This document shows, piece after piece, positions 18,826-28,759 of a stretch of DNA of 64,000 nt. The translations under genes and the position numbers were made by a program. The notes below the pieces were generated by a model. That model saw nothing but the letters and a program-made list of their open reading frames with translations, had not been told where the DNA came from and made no database searches. Position 1 is the first letter of the stretch, and the number at the start of each line of letters is the position of its first letter. Location of the stretch: positions 64,001 through 128,000 of the forward strand of contig JBHLJY010000001.1 in the NCBI GenBank assembly GCA_048887225.1, given 5' to 3'. Source of the stretch: Candidatus Hodarchaeota archaeon (lineage in GTDB: Archaea; Asgardarchaeota; Lokiarchaeia; Sigyniarchaeales; SOKP01).

Positions 18826-20844
18826 ATGAGCAGTGTAAGAAAAAAACTCTGGGAACCCTCGGAAGAATGGATCAAAAACGCAGAAGCAACCCGTTTTATC
18901 GAATTTGTCAATAAAAATTACGGACAAGATTTAAAAGGAGGTAAAGACCTTTATAAATTTTCTGTTGAGAAAATAGAAGATTTTTGGGACGCAATGTGGA
19001 AATTTTCAGATATTATCGTATCCAAACCTTACGATAAAGTTGTTGAAGACTTAAGTGTATATCCAGGTACAAAATGGTTTCCTGGAGCCAAGTTAAATTT
19101 TGCTGAAAACCTCTTGAAGTTTAAGGACGAACAATTGGCTTTTGATTTCCAAGGTGAAACGAAAGTATCTAAACAAATGACATATGCCGAATTAAATAAG
19201 AGAGTTGCACGTATAGCAAAATCCCTCCGTGAAATGGGGATTAAAACTGGAGATAGAGTTGTCTCTTATATTCCGAATTTAATTGAAACACCAATAGCTA
19301 TGCTTGCTGCTACAAGTATAGGCGCAATTTGGGCATCATGTGGTGCTGAACTTCAATCCAGTGCTGTTATCGATAGATTTGGGCAAATTGAGCCAAAAGT
19401 ACTCTTTTCAGTTGATGGGTATTACTATAGGGGTAAGGCTTTTAAAATTAGTAAAAATATCAAGGAAGTAGTCGATGCAATCCCCTCGATAGAAAAAGTA
19501 ATTGTTGTTTCGTACATATCCGATGGTAAGCCAGACATTAGTGACATTCCCAAGGCAGTCCATTGGGATGATTTTATTTCTAAGGAGGAAGATCCACCAA
19601 TCGAATTCGAACAATTGCCATTCGACCATCCTGTTTATATAATGTTTTCCTCTGGGACAACTGGAAAGCCAAAATGCATGGTCCAAAGTGCGGGTGGAGT
19701 TCTTATTAATCATTTAAAAGAACTAATACTCTCAACAGATTTAAAAAGAAACGATGTAATAAACTATATCACCGCGCCCTCATGGATGATGGTATAAGAT
19801 CACCTTATTCCAGCCAAAATGTGGAACTGGCTTATCAGTGCCTTAGCTGTGGGCGCCACGATATTCTTGTACGAGGGAAATCCGCTATATCCAGATCCAT
19901 TAAGATTTTTTGAATTAATGGAAAAACATAAGATCACGATATTTGGTACAAGCGCAGCTTATATCCACTACTTAATGGGATTGGGAGTAAAACCAGCTGA
20001 AAAGTATGATTTAAGTGCGTTAAGAGAGATTTCACAGACGGCATCAACTCTCTCTCCCGAAGGATTTGAATATGTTTATAGAGAAATTAAAAAAGATCTT
20101 TACTTCAATTCAATAAGTGGGGGAACAGATATTAATGGATGCTTTGCCGGAGCAATACCAATTCTTCCAGTATATTCTGGTGAATTACAAGGTCGTGCGT
20201 TAGCTATGAAAGTTGAGTCTTATAATGAAAATGGAGAGCCTATTGAAGATGAACAAGCCGAGCTGGTATGTGAGGCACCCGCTCCCTCAATGCCTACATA
20301 TTTCTGGGCTGATGATGATAAGATGACAAAATATAATGCTGCTTATTTTGATTTTTATAAGGATAAAGGCAAAAATGTATGGAGGCATGGAGACTACATA
20401 GTAATTCATAGCGATACGGGTGGCATTACTTTTTGGGGCAGATCTGATGCGGTTTTGAAACCATCAGGAGTCCGAATTGGAACGGCAGAAATTTACAATG
20501 TGGTTGAGCAACTGCCAGAAATAGCGGATTCGTTAGTGATAGGACAAAAGATCAGTGGTGATATACGAATTGTAATGTTTGTTCTCTTAAATGAGGGTTA
20601 TGAATTGGATGATAACTTGAAAGCTAAAATTAAAAAGACACTACGGGAAAAAACCTCTCCAAGACATGTTCCTAAACTCATATTCCAAGCCCCTCCAGAT
20701 GGTATACCATATACGTTTAGTAATAAAAAGGTCGAAATAGCAGTAACTAAAATTATTCATGGAATGTCCGTTGCAAACCGAGGGGCGTTAAGAAATCCAA
20801 ACTCACTGGATTTCTATGAAGAAATCAAGAATGAGTTAAAATAA
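18826..20844 (+). CDS. Acetoacetate-CoA ligase, predicted join(18826..19788,19819..20844), 662 aa
   Basis: WFPGAKLNFAENLL, AMP-binding FSSGTTGKPK, SISGGTDI, WRHGD, GRSDAVLKPSGVRIGTAEIY; the two ORFs are in the same frame and removing 30 nt restores SWMMWNWL. Confidence 0.9.
19789..19818 (+). other. Putative archaeal bulge-helix-bulge (BHB) mRNA intron, 30 nt
   Basis: ATGGTATAAGATCACCTTATTCCAGCCAAA; in-frame TAA; outer stem CCUCA/UGUGG, central helix UGGA/GCCA, 3-nt bulges UGA and AAA, inner stem UGGUAUAAG/CUUAUUCCA; cutting after the second base of each bulge gives ATG|ATG. Confidence 0.8.
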
Positions 20845-21041
20845 GTATTATTTAATAAATTTTTTTTTTCCTTTTTTACTATATCATTTAAAACAGTCTC
20901 TTTTTCTTAGAAGACTCTCTTTATAATAAAAATAAAAAAAAAAGATAAGGTTCGATAATAATCGTAAAAATAGATTTTTACTAATTTTTTATTTACTACT
21001 TATTTATTATTATTTTTTTGGATTTATAATGATTCATAATA

Positions 21042-21305
21042 TTAAATGCGAAAACCGCCTCTACCGTATGGGCTAGGAGGGGCTTTTTCGGTAACGACTA
21101 CATTACTCGCTTGAGGTCCTTTTTGACCCTCAACAATATCAAACTCTACCTTGTCATTTTCATTAAGAGTTTTATATTCATCATCTCTGCCACTTAATGC
21201 TGTGTAATGGACAAATACATCAGTCCCCTCATTAGAACTTATAAATCCATAACCTTTTCGGCTATTAAACCATTTAACTGTTCCTTTTACCAATTTTAAA
21301 ACCAA
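21042..21305 (-). CDS. csp: Cold-shock domain protein
   Basis: [16 protein letters not shown] (RNP1), DVFVHY (RNP2), [10 protein letters not shown]. Confidence 0.93.
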   Translation of the reverse strand: MVLKLVKGTVKWFNSRKGYGFISSNEGTDVFVHYTALSGRDDEYKTLNENDKVEFDIVEGQKGPQASNVVVTEKAPPSPYGRGGFRI

Positions 21306-21483
21306 TTTTTAAATTTTTAAAAAATGCTATTGTTCTAATAGAACTAATTAATAAAAAAATCTAAAGATAATAAACTTATTACTTTTTTGAGAAAAAACTA
21401 AGGAAGATCTATAATTATTTTTTTATTCTTATATTTATATCATTGTATTATTAGAGAAAATTCAAAATTAGGTGAACTTTAAA

Positions 21484-22737
21484 TTGGCAAAAATGACTTC
21501 ACGAGAAAGAATTAATGCTGCTATAAGCCATAAGGAACCAGATATGGTCCCCATTGACCTTGGCTCAACAGAAGCAACGGGAATATCGGCAATCGCTTAT
21601 CATAATTTAAAAAAGCTCTTAGGGATGAGAAGTGGACAAACCCGTATATACGATATTTCTCAACAACTTGCTCAACCTGAAGATGAAATTCTTGACCGTT
21701 TTAAAGTTGATACCGTTCATTTAGGACGATTCTTTAACGATAGCGAGGATGATTGGTATGATATCGAAGTAAATGGTATTCCTGCACAGTTTCCTTCATG
21801 GTTTTCACCCAGACACAATGAAGATGGCTCGATGGAGGTAGTTCATCCTGATGGAACGGTTTTAGCAAGAATGTCAGAGGCAGCATTAGTATTTGATCAA
21901 ACATTTTGGCCTTTTTATGATAAATATCCAGAGAATATAAGCGGATTTTTGCAAGCATTAACTAAATATCAAGGATTTGCATTAGTTAAAACTCCTTTTG
22001 ATAAATTAAATCAAAAAGGTTTTTGGCGAAAGTTAAGAAAAGAAACAATTGAGTATAAGAAAACAACAGATAGGGCTCTTGTTTTACATATGGGATTAAG
22101 TCTTTTTGAATTTGGGACTGGTATGCGACGAATGGATAAATTCTTAATTGATATAATTCGACGCCCAAATAAGGTTGAGAAATTTTTAGATATCGTATTA
22201 GAGTTTAATTTTGCTGCACTTTCGTTAGTTTGTAAATATCTTGGAGATCTTGTTGATGTTATTGGTATAGGTGACGATCTTGGTGAAAATAAAGGCCCTT
22301 TTATGAATCCAAGAGCATATCGCGAGATCTTTAAGCCACGTCATGAAAGTATGTGTAATTTCATTAAAAATCATTCTAATATGAAAATCTTTATGCACAG
22401 CTGTGGATCTATTGTTCCTTTTATTTACGATTTCATTGAAATTGGAATTGATATATTAAATCCGGTCCAGATTAACGCGAAAGGGATGGAACCTAAGTTT
22501 TTAAAAGAGGAATTTGGAGATGATATCACATTTTGGGGTGGTGGAGCCGATACGAGAAATGTAATTACCCGAAAATCTCCTGAGGAAGTTAAAAAGCATG
22601 TTACAGAATTACTCGAAATATTTGCTCCTGGTGGAGGTTATATTTGGAATACTGTTCATAATATCCTACCAGATGTTCCCCCTGAAAATATTGTGGCAAT
22701 GTTTGAAGCACTTCATGAATATAATGAAAAGATATAA
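21484..22737 (+). CDS. Uroporphyrinogen decarboxylase / MtaA-CmuA methyltransferase family protein
   Basis: MTSRERI, GDDLG, HSCG, LNPVQ, FWGGG, HNI.PDVPPENI; TTG start behind AGGTGA. Confidence 0.85.
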   Translation: MAKMTSRERINAAISHKEPDMVPIDLGSTEATGISAIAYHNLKKLLGMRSGQTRIYDISQQLAQPEDEILDRFKVDTVHLGRFFNDSEDDWYDIEVNGIPAQFPSWFSPRHNEDGSMEVVHPDGTVLARMSEAALVFDQTFWPFYDKYPENISGFLQALTKYQGFALVKTPFDKLNQKGFWRKLRKETIEYKKTTDRALVLHMGLSLFEFGTGMRRMDKFLIDIIRRPNKVEKFLDIVLEFNFAALSLVCKYLGDLVDVIGIGDDLGENKGPFMNPRAYREIFKPRHESMCNFIKNHSNMKIFMHSCGSIVPFIYDFIEIGIDILNPVQINAKGMEPKFLKEEFGDDITFWGGGADTRNVITRKSPEEVKKHVTELLEIFAPGGGYIWNTVHNILPDVPPENIVAMFEALHEYNEKI

Positions 22738-22763
22738 TTAATTTTTGGAAAATTAGCAACTTC

Positions 22764-25520
22764 TTAATTAAGATACGAAGTTTTAAAGAAATATTTACCG
22801 GAGTTAATCTCTAAACATAAAGTTTTATTTTCATAACTCGAGATTTTAATTTCCTTAGATTCTTGAATGGGTTTTTCATTCTCATAATTGTTTTCTACAC
22901 TTTCAGCAGGCAAATATACAGTTGCGGTTGTATTAGTTGGAATTGAGACTTCAAGATTAAAGATCCTATTCTCAATGCTCCAATTTATGATAATTTTACC
23001 ATAAATGGATTCATAACAACCTTTAGCCCAGGTTAATGGATCACCTGGCATAGGTTTGATTATAATATGTTTATATCCAGGGCGATTCTCATCATAGTTA
23101 ATACCTAAGATTACTCTAAAAATCCATTCGCCAACGGATCCAATCGAAAAATGATTAAATGAATTCATTTTTGTATCATAAAAGCCACGTCCTTTCATAA
23201 AACTATCCCAATGTTCCCACATTGTCGTAGCACCTTGGTCAATCATAAAGAACCATGACGGAAATCGTCTACTAAACATTAACTTGTATGCTTTTTCATA
23301 ATAACCAGCCTTCGTTAACTCGAGCATCAATGGAAGAGTAGAAAAAAAACCTGTTGATAATCTCCCATCATATTTCTCAATTCCCTCCACCATTTTGCGT
23401 GCTAATTTAGGACGTAGATCTTCTGGTATTAGATTAAAGTGGAGTGCTAATGCATAACCTGCTTGTGTATCTCCTGTTATTCGACCAGTTTCTTTAACAT
23501 ACCTCTTAGTAAATTTATCTCTAATTTGTTTTGCTAAATTCGAATATATAATAGAATCTTCTTTTAAACCAAGTACACTAGCCATCTTGGATAATATACT
23601 GGTGGAATTGGCAAAATAAGCTGTTGCAAATATTCGAAAAGGAATTGTTGCACCAGTTCTCGGGTAATCTTCTGAGATAATAGTATCTCCATTCAACCAA
23701 TCACCATAATGCATTCCAGTAGATCTTAGCCAGAGTAAAGACTTATTTCTTGAATGTATAAAGTCTACGAATTTTTTTGCTGAATTATAATGCATTTTAA
23801 TAATTCGCTTATCTTTATAATTTAAATATAATTTCCACGGTAAAATTAAACCACAATCCGACCAAGCAGCAGCACCAAATTGTTCATTAGTGATTTCCTT
23901 ATATACAGGTGGATATGGAACATAAATAGGAAACATTCCATCTTCTCTTTGGCAATCCCTAATATCCTGTATCCATTTTGTATAAAATGCTCCCATATCC
24001 ATATTATAAATAGATGTCTGGCAAAACACTTGAGCATCACCCATCCAACCCATTCTCTCGTCTCTTTGAGGGCAATCTGTAGGTATACTTATAAGATTAT
24101 CTCGCTGTGTCCATAATATATTGTTCCATAAGTTATTAAGAGTAGCATCGGAGCTTTCAAATTCTCCAACAATTTTACAATCAGAACTAATAACGCAACC
24201 TGTAAGGAAATTAAGATCAGGTTTTATACCCATTCTTAATCCAGTAACTTCAACATATTGAAACCCGTGATAAGTAAAATGTGGATTGAATTCCCTTGTG
24301 TTATTTCCATTAAGAATAAACTTATCAATTGCTTTAGCATCTCGTAAATTATCTACATAAAGCGTTCCATCTTCATTGAGCATTTCTGCGTGCCTTAAGG
24401 TAATTGTAGCGTCAGGCTCGCATAATGAGCTATTTACTCTAATTTTACACCAACCAGCAATATTTTGTCCCAAGTCAAATATAAAAATTCCTGGTTTTAT
24501 CTCATTTATAGAAACAGGAGTAATTTCCTTTACAATTCTAATCGGTTCATTCAACTGTGCAACAAGGTCAATATTTATTGACTCATCAACTATTACATTT
24601 GACCAATTTAAATCATTGTATCTTGGAGCATTCCATCCAGGCTTCTCTTTTCTAACATCGTAGATTTCGCCAATAAAATGATCGGACATGCGTATAGGGC
24701 TTTCTTCGGATATTTTCCAATCCGATTCTGAAAGAATTTCTTTAATAGAACCATCAGATAATTCTACTGACATTTGTAAAATTAAACGAAGATTATCTCC
24801 ATAACAAGTATGAGGAATATCACTACCAGGACCAAGATTTCCCCTATACCAACCATCTCCAAGAACTGCCCCTATTACATTTTCTCCTTTATTTATAAAA
24901 TTACTCACTTCATATGTTTGATACTGAACTCTTTTAGTGTAATCAGTCCATTCTGGTGCTAAAATGTGATCTCCAATACGTTTTCCATTTAGGAAAAGTT
25001 CATAATGCCCTAATGCGGTAACATAAATAAATGCTTTTTTAATGGGACTTTCAAGTGAGAAGGATTTGCGAATAAGTGGTGAGGTATAATATTTACGCTC
25101 TCGATCCTCAATATTTATTGGTTCCTTAATAGGGGGCAAGCCAATCCACTTTGCCTTCCAATCTGAAGCATAAAGCAAACCCATTGTCCACATTGCCGAT
25201 TGGCTCCACTCTGATGGAATCTCATTTTTATTCCATACCATTACTTTCCAATAGCAACACATCTCAGACTTGAGTGGCGTTCCATCATAGCTTATATGGT
25301 TTGTTTGGTTAGACAAAACTTTTTCAGTATCCCATAAATCTCCTTTATTTTTATCCAATAAATCCTTTTTGCTTGATACTAGAATTCGATAAGCTGTTTG
25401 ATATTGACCACGTTCATCTGAATCTATAATCCAACTTAGGCGTGGAGTCTTTACATCTATACCTAATGGATTTACTAGATATTCACACCTTAAATTATTT
25501 ATAACTAAAGAAGAGGGCAT
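22764..25520 (-). CDS. Alpha-L-rhamnosidase (GH78)
   Basis: LRCEYLVNPLGID, FDLGQNIAG, FTYHGFQYVEV, PTDCPQRDERMGWMGDA, GATTMWEHWD, MNSFNH. Confidence 0.93.
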   Translation of the reverse strand: MPSSLVINNLRCEYLVNPLGIDVKTPRLSWIIDSDERGQYQTAYRILVSSKKDLLDKNKGDLWDTEKVLSNQTNHISYDGTPLKSEMCCYWKVMVWNKNEIPSEWSQSAMWTMGLLYASDWKAKWIGLPPIKEPINIEDRERKYYTSPLIRKSFSLESPIKKAFIYVTALGHYELFLNGKRIGDHILAPEWTDYTKRVQYQTYEVSNFINKGENVIGAVLGDGWYRGNLGPGSDIPHTCYGDNLRLILQMSVELSDGSIKEILSESDWKISEESPIRMSDHFIGEIYDVRKEKPGWNAPRYNDLNWSNVIVDESINIDLVAQLNEPIRIVKEITPVSINEIKPGIFIFDLGQNIAGWCKIRVNSSLCEPDATITLRHAEMLNEDGTLYVDNLRDAKAIDKFILNGNNTREFNPHFTYHGFQYVEVTGLRMGIKPDLNFLTGCVISSDCKIVGEFESSDATLNNLWNNILWTQRDNLISIPTDCPQRDERMGWMGDAQVFCQTSIYNMDMGAFYTKWIQDIRDCQREDGMFPIYVPYPPVYKEITNEQFGAAAWSDCGLILPWKLYLNYKDKRIIKMHYNSAKKFVDFIHSRNKSLLWLRSTGMHYGDWLNGDTIISEDYPRTGATIPFRIFATAYFANSTSILSKMASVLGLKEDSIIYSNLAKQIRDKFTKRYVKETGRITGDTQAGYALALHFNLIPEDLRPKLARKMVEGIEKYDGRLSTGFFSTLPLMLELTKAGYYEKAYKLMFSRRFPSWFFMIDQGATTMWEHWDSFMKGRGFYDTKMNSFNHFSIGSVGEWIFRVILGINYDENRPGYKHIIIKPMPGDPLTWAKGCYESIYGKIIINWSIENRIFNLEVSIPTNTTATVYLPAESVENNYENEKPIQESKEIKISSYENKTLCLEINSGKYFFKTSYLN

Positions 25521-25592
25521 TTACTTCAGTTCATTTAAAATTAAAATTTAATAAAACCTACTTATACATCCACATATTTATAGTTATTTGAT

Positions 25593-26228
25593 TTAGTTTT
25601 TACGTTTCATAAAGGCATAATTTGCTAAATGCGAAATGGGTTTTCCTCTAATTTCTATTGTTTTTAATATTTCTATATTGAAGAAAGAACTAAAAAGTTC
25701 TTTTAGTTCATTTTCGGATGAAAAGTACAAAATAGTACCCAAAGGGGTTTTTCTATATTTCCTTTGGCTTCCAAAACATGGATCTTTGTCGCTAAAACTA
25801 ACAGATAGATATATCCCCTCTGGATTAAGTAAATTATATACATTTTTAATGTAAATTTCCCTTTTTTCGGGAAAAATATGGTGCAACACTTCCCAATCAT
25901 AAGCAAAATCATAGTTTTGCTTGAGTTCGTTTAAATCAGCAAGAACATCAGCAACAAGAAAATTGCATTTCACTTTTTTTTCATCGGCATTTCTTTTAGC
26001 AATTTTTATAGCAGCAGGGGAAATATCAATTCCCGTAACAGTAAATCCTTTACGTGCGAGATATATTGCATAATTACCGGTACCACAACCTAAATCAATA
26101 GTTTTACAAGGTTTTATCTTGCCACTATTAATAAGTTCAATTAAAATGGCTGGTGGAGTCTCATATATCCAAGGAATTTTTTTTAAGGGTATTTCTTTGT
26201 ATACTCTATTAATATCATCCTGCTGCAT
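25593..26228 (-). CDS. Class I SAM-dependent methyltransferase
   Basis: IDLGCGTG, VTGIDISPAAI. Confidence 0.88.
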   Translation of the reverse strand: MQQDDINRVYKEIPLKKIPWIYETPPAILIELINSGKIKPCKTIDLGCGTGNYAIYLARKGFTVTGIDISPAAIKIAKRNADEKKVKCNFLVADVLADLNELKQNYDFAYDWEVLHHIFPEKREIYIKNVYNLLNPEGIYLSVSFSDKDPCFGSQRKYRKTPLGTILYFSSENELKELFSSFFNIEILKTIEIRGKPISHLANYAFMKRKN

Positions 26229-26328
26229 TAAAAACTCTCTAATCTCAAAATTTCTTAATAATTATAAACTAAAATAAATAAAATAATCTTAATCTTTTTA
26301 GTTATTAAAATTTAATTAGAGCTTAAAA

Positions 26329-27399
26329 ATGGTAAAAAATTACAATAAAACTCCTAAAATAAAGGAAGGATGGTCGGGACCTGGTCGTCGTGATGAAGTA
26401 ATAACATCTTTCAAACCTGAATATGATGGTTTACATATTGACTTGAAAAAGAAAGGCTATTTTGAGTGGTGGTATTTTGACGCTCGTCTTGAAGGAGGTT
26501 ATACAGTAGTAGGATTTTTTCGAGCAGCTCATGAGCGAACTGGTAAAACAGCAGTCGAAATCGTAATATATAAGCCTAATGGAGAAAGAATGCAAAAATT
26601 TGTTAAATATAAACGATCAGATATGACTGTTTCTCGTGAGAAGGCGGATATGAATATAGGCCATAATTATATAAAAGTTGATTATTCAAGCGCAGATCTA
26701 CCTATTTATGAAGTTTTTTTAGACGAGGATGGTTTAGGGTTTCATTTGAAATTTGCTGCTAAAGTTCATGGTTGGATGCCTGGAAATGGAAGCACACAAT
26801 TTGGAAATAAGGGTTATTTTGCTTGGTGTGTGCCTTTTCCTAGAGCCGATGTAGAAGGAAATATTTGGATTGGCAAAAATAACATGCCTGTAAAGGGAAT
26901 TGGTTATCATGACCATAATTGGGGCAATATTAATATGCCTAGATATTTAGAGTATTGGTATTGGGGACGCTTATACTCTGAGACTTTTACAGTGGTCTAT
27001 GCATATATAAAATGCAACAAAAAAATGGATGATTATGCAATAAAAGTGCTCATGCTTGCGAAAAATGAGGAGATTATTCTCAGTACGGGTGAATATGAGC
27101 TCATACAGAAAAATTTTGCTTATGATGCTAAAGCTGCTAATAAATATCCAAAATCTTTAACATTCAAAATGGATAAGCAACTAGAGATTTATCTTCATGT
27201 CCAAGAAATTATCGATTCTGGAAATATTTTAGAACTCTTTAATATAAACTCTGTTATACGTTTTATTGTGAAATATATTTTGAGACTTAATCCTGGCTAT
27301 TTTAGATTCAATTCTAACTTCAAATTAAATGTAACTCTTGAAGGAAAGTCTTATCAAGAGCAAGGAAATATTCTCCATGAAATGGTTATTTTAAGTTAA
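26329..27399 (+). CDS. CrtC/AttH-like (lipocalin-like) hydratase/cyclase family protein
   Basis: FEWWYFDA, GIGYHDHNWG, WYWGR. Confidence 0.75.
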   Translation: MVKNYNKTPKIKEGWSGPGRRDEVITSFKPEYDGLHIDLKKKGYFEWWYFDARLEGGYTVVGFFRAAHERTGKTAVEIVIYKPNGERMQKFVKYKRSDMTVSREKADMNIGHNYIKVDYSSADLPIYEVFLDEDGLGFHLKFAAKVHGWMPGNGSTQFGNKGYFAWCVPFPRADVEGNIWIGKNNMPVKGIGYHDHNWGNINMPRYLEYWYWGRLYSETFTVVYAYIKCNKKMDDYAIKVLMLAKNEEIILSTGEYELIQKNFAYDAKAANKYPKSLTFKMDKQLEIYLHVQEIIDSGNILELFNINSVIRFIVKYILRLNPGYFRFNSNFKLNVTLEGKSYQEQGNILHEMVILS

Positions 27400-27418
27400 A
27401 AATTATCTCAATTCTTTC

Positions 27419-28633
27419 TTAGATTTTCTCAATGATAGTAGCAACACCTTGACCGCCGCCTACGCAAGCAGTAGCAAGACCATATCTTCCATCTTCAACT
27501 TGTAGAATACGTGCGAGTGTTCCAATCAATCTTACTCCAGTTGCCCCAAGAGGATGTCCAAGAGCTATTGCCCCTCCCTTTATATTAACCTTCTCATATG
27601 GAATATTAAGGATTTTACACGCGTATAAAGGAACAATTGCAAAGGCTTCATTTATTTCCCAGAAATCTATATCACCAACTTGCAATCCTCCTCTTTGAAG
27701 GGCTTTTTTGCTAGCTGGAACTGGTCCACTTCCCATAATACCTGGATTAACACCTGCCCACGCCATTGATAGGATCTTAGCTATCGGTTTGATTCCCAAT
27801 TCTTCGGCACGAGCTCTTGACATTAGAACGCAACAACCTGCTCCTGTATTTAACGGTGAACTATTTCCAGCAGTAATTTGCGGATCTTTGTTAATACTTT
27901 TCGAAACCAAACGGAGTTTGCTCATAATCTCCAATGTAGATCCAGCACGCATAGATTGATCATATTTAATAATTTTTTTAGTGCCATCTGGGAGAGCACC
28001 CTCAATTGGAAGGATTTCTTCATCAAAAAATCCTTCATCCCGCGCTTTTATTGCTCTCTCGTGAGAAATGAGGCTCCACTGATCCATATCTGTCCTTGTT
28101 ATATCTGGATTTTGCTCCCATAATTGTTGAGCTGTTTGAATCATAGAGAATCCCGTATTTAAATCATATTTGACATGATTTGGAAATTTTTCTTTATCCC
28201 CAAGTTCCGTATGGCGAATCGTTAAATCGGTTCCGCGAGGAATTCGTGTCATATGTTCCATTCCACCAGCAATAATTATTTCAGAATTTCCCGTCATTAT
28301 CTCCATTGCGCCCATATGTACGCTTGACATGCTTGATGCGCATTGTCTATCCAAGCCTATAGCTGCTATTGTTTCAGGAAGTTCTGCTAAAAATATTATA
28401 TGTCGTCCCCCATAGAGAAAATTTTCTTTAACTTGGTTAGCACACCCTATTATAATTTCGTCAATTTCAGAGGAATCGAACTTTGAACGCGCTACTATTT
28501 CTTTAATTACTATAGCTAATAATTTATCAGCAGGAATCTCGTGGAAAATATCCCGCTCAGGTTCAGCAGGTCTACTTCGGGATATTGGAGTCCGCAAATA
28601 ATCTACCATTACGACTTCTCTTAATTCTGACAT
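27419..28633 (-). CDS. Acetyl-CoA C-acyltransferase (thiolase)
   Basis: DRQCASS catalytic Cys, EINEAF, GHPLGATG, CVGGGQG. Confidence 0.93.
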   Translation of the reverse strand: MSELREVVMVDYLRTPISRSRPAEPERDIFHEIPADKLLAIVIKEIVARSKFDSSEIDEIIIGCANQVKENFLYGGRHIIFLAELPETIAAIGLDRQCASSMSSVHMGAMEIMTGNSEIIIAGGMEHMTRIPRGTDLTIRHTELGDKEKFPNHVKYDLNTGFSMIQTAQQLWEQNPDITRTDMDQWSLISHERAIKARDEGFFDEEILPIEGALPDGTKKIIKYDQSMRAGSTLEIMSKLRLVSKSINKDPQITAGNSSPLNTGAGCCVLMSRARAEELGIKPIAKILSMAWAGVNPGIMGSGPVPASKKALQRGGLQVGDIDFWEINEAFAIVPLYACKILNIPYEKVNIKGGAIALGHPLGATGVRLIGTLARILQVEDGRYGLATACVGGGQGVATIIEKI

Positions 28634-28759
28634 TTTTTGATCACATCTGTTTATTATTGATTTTAAAGGAAATTTTAACTATAATAATAATTATATTTCA
28701 TTAAAATTCTATAAATAATTGACTATTATCAAAAAACTTAGCAAAAATTTGTGTTTATT

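Noticed and set aside
19795-19797. Stop-codon readthrough or simple nonsense mutation in the ligase
   Set aside because: The stop is TAA (not a Sec/Pyl codon), and readthrough would leave 10 extra residues inside a conserved motif.
19792-19813. Spliceosomal-looking GTATAAG...TTATTCCAG inside the ligase insertion
   Set aside because: Removing GT..AG (22 nt) shifts the frame and does not restore WMMWNW, whereas the 30-nt BHB excision does; no spliceosome is known in archaea.
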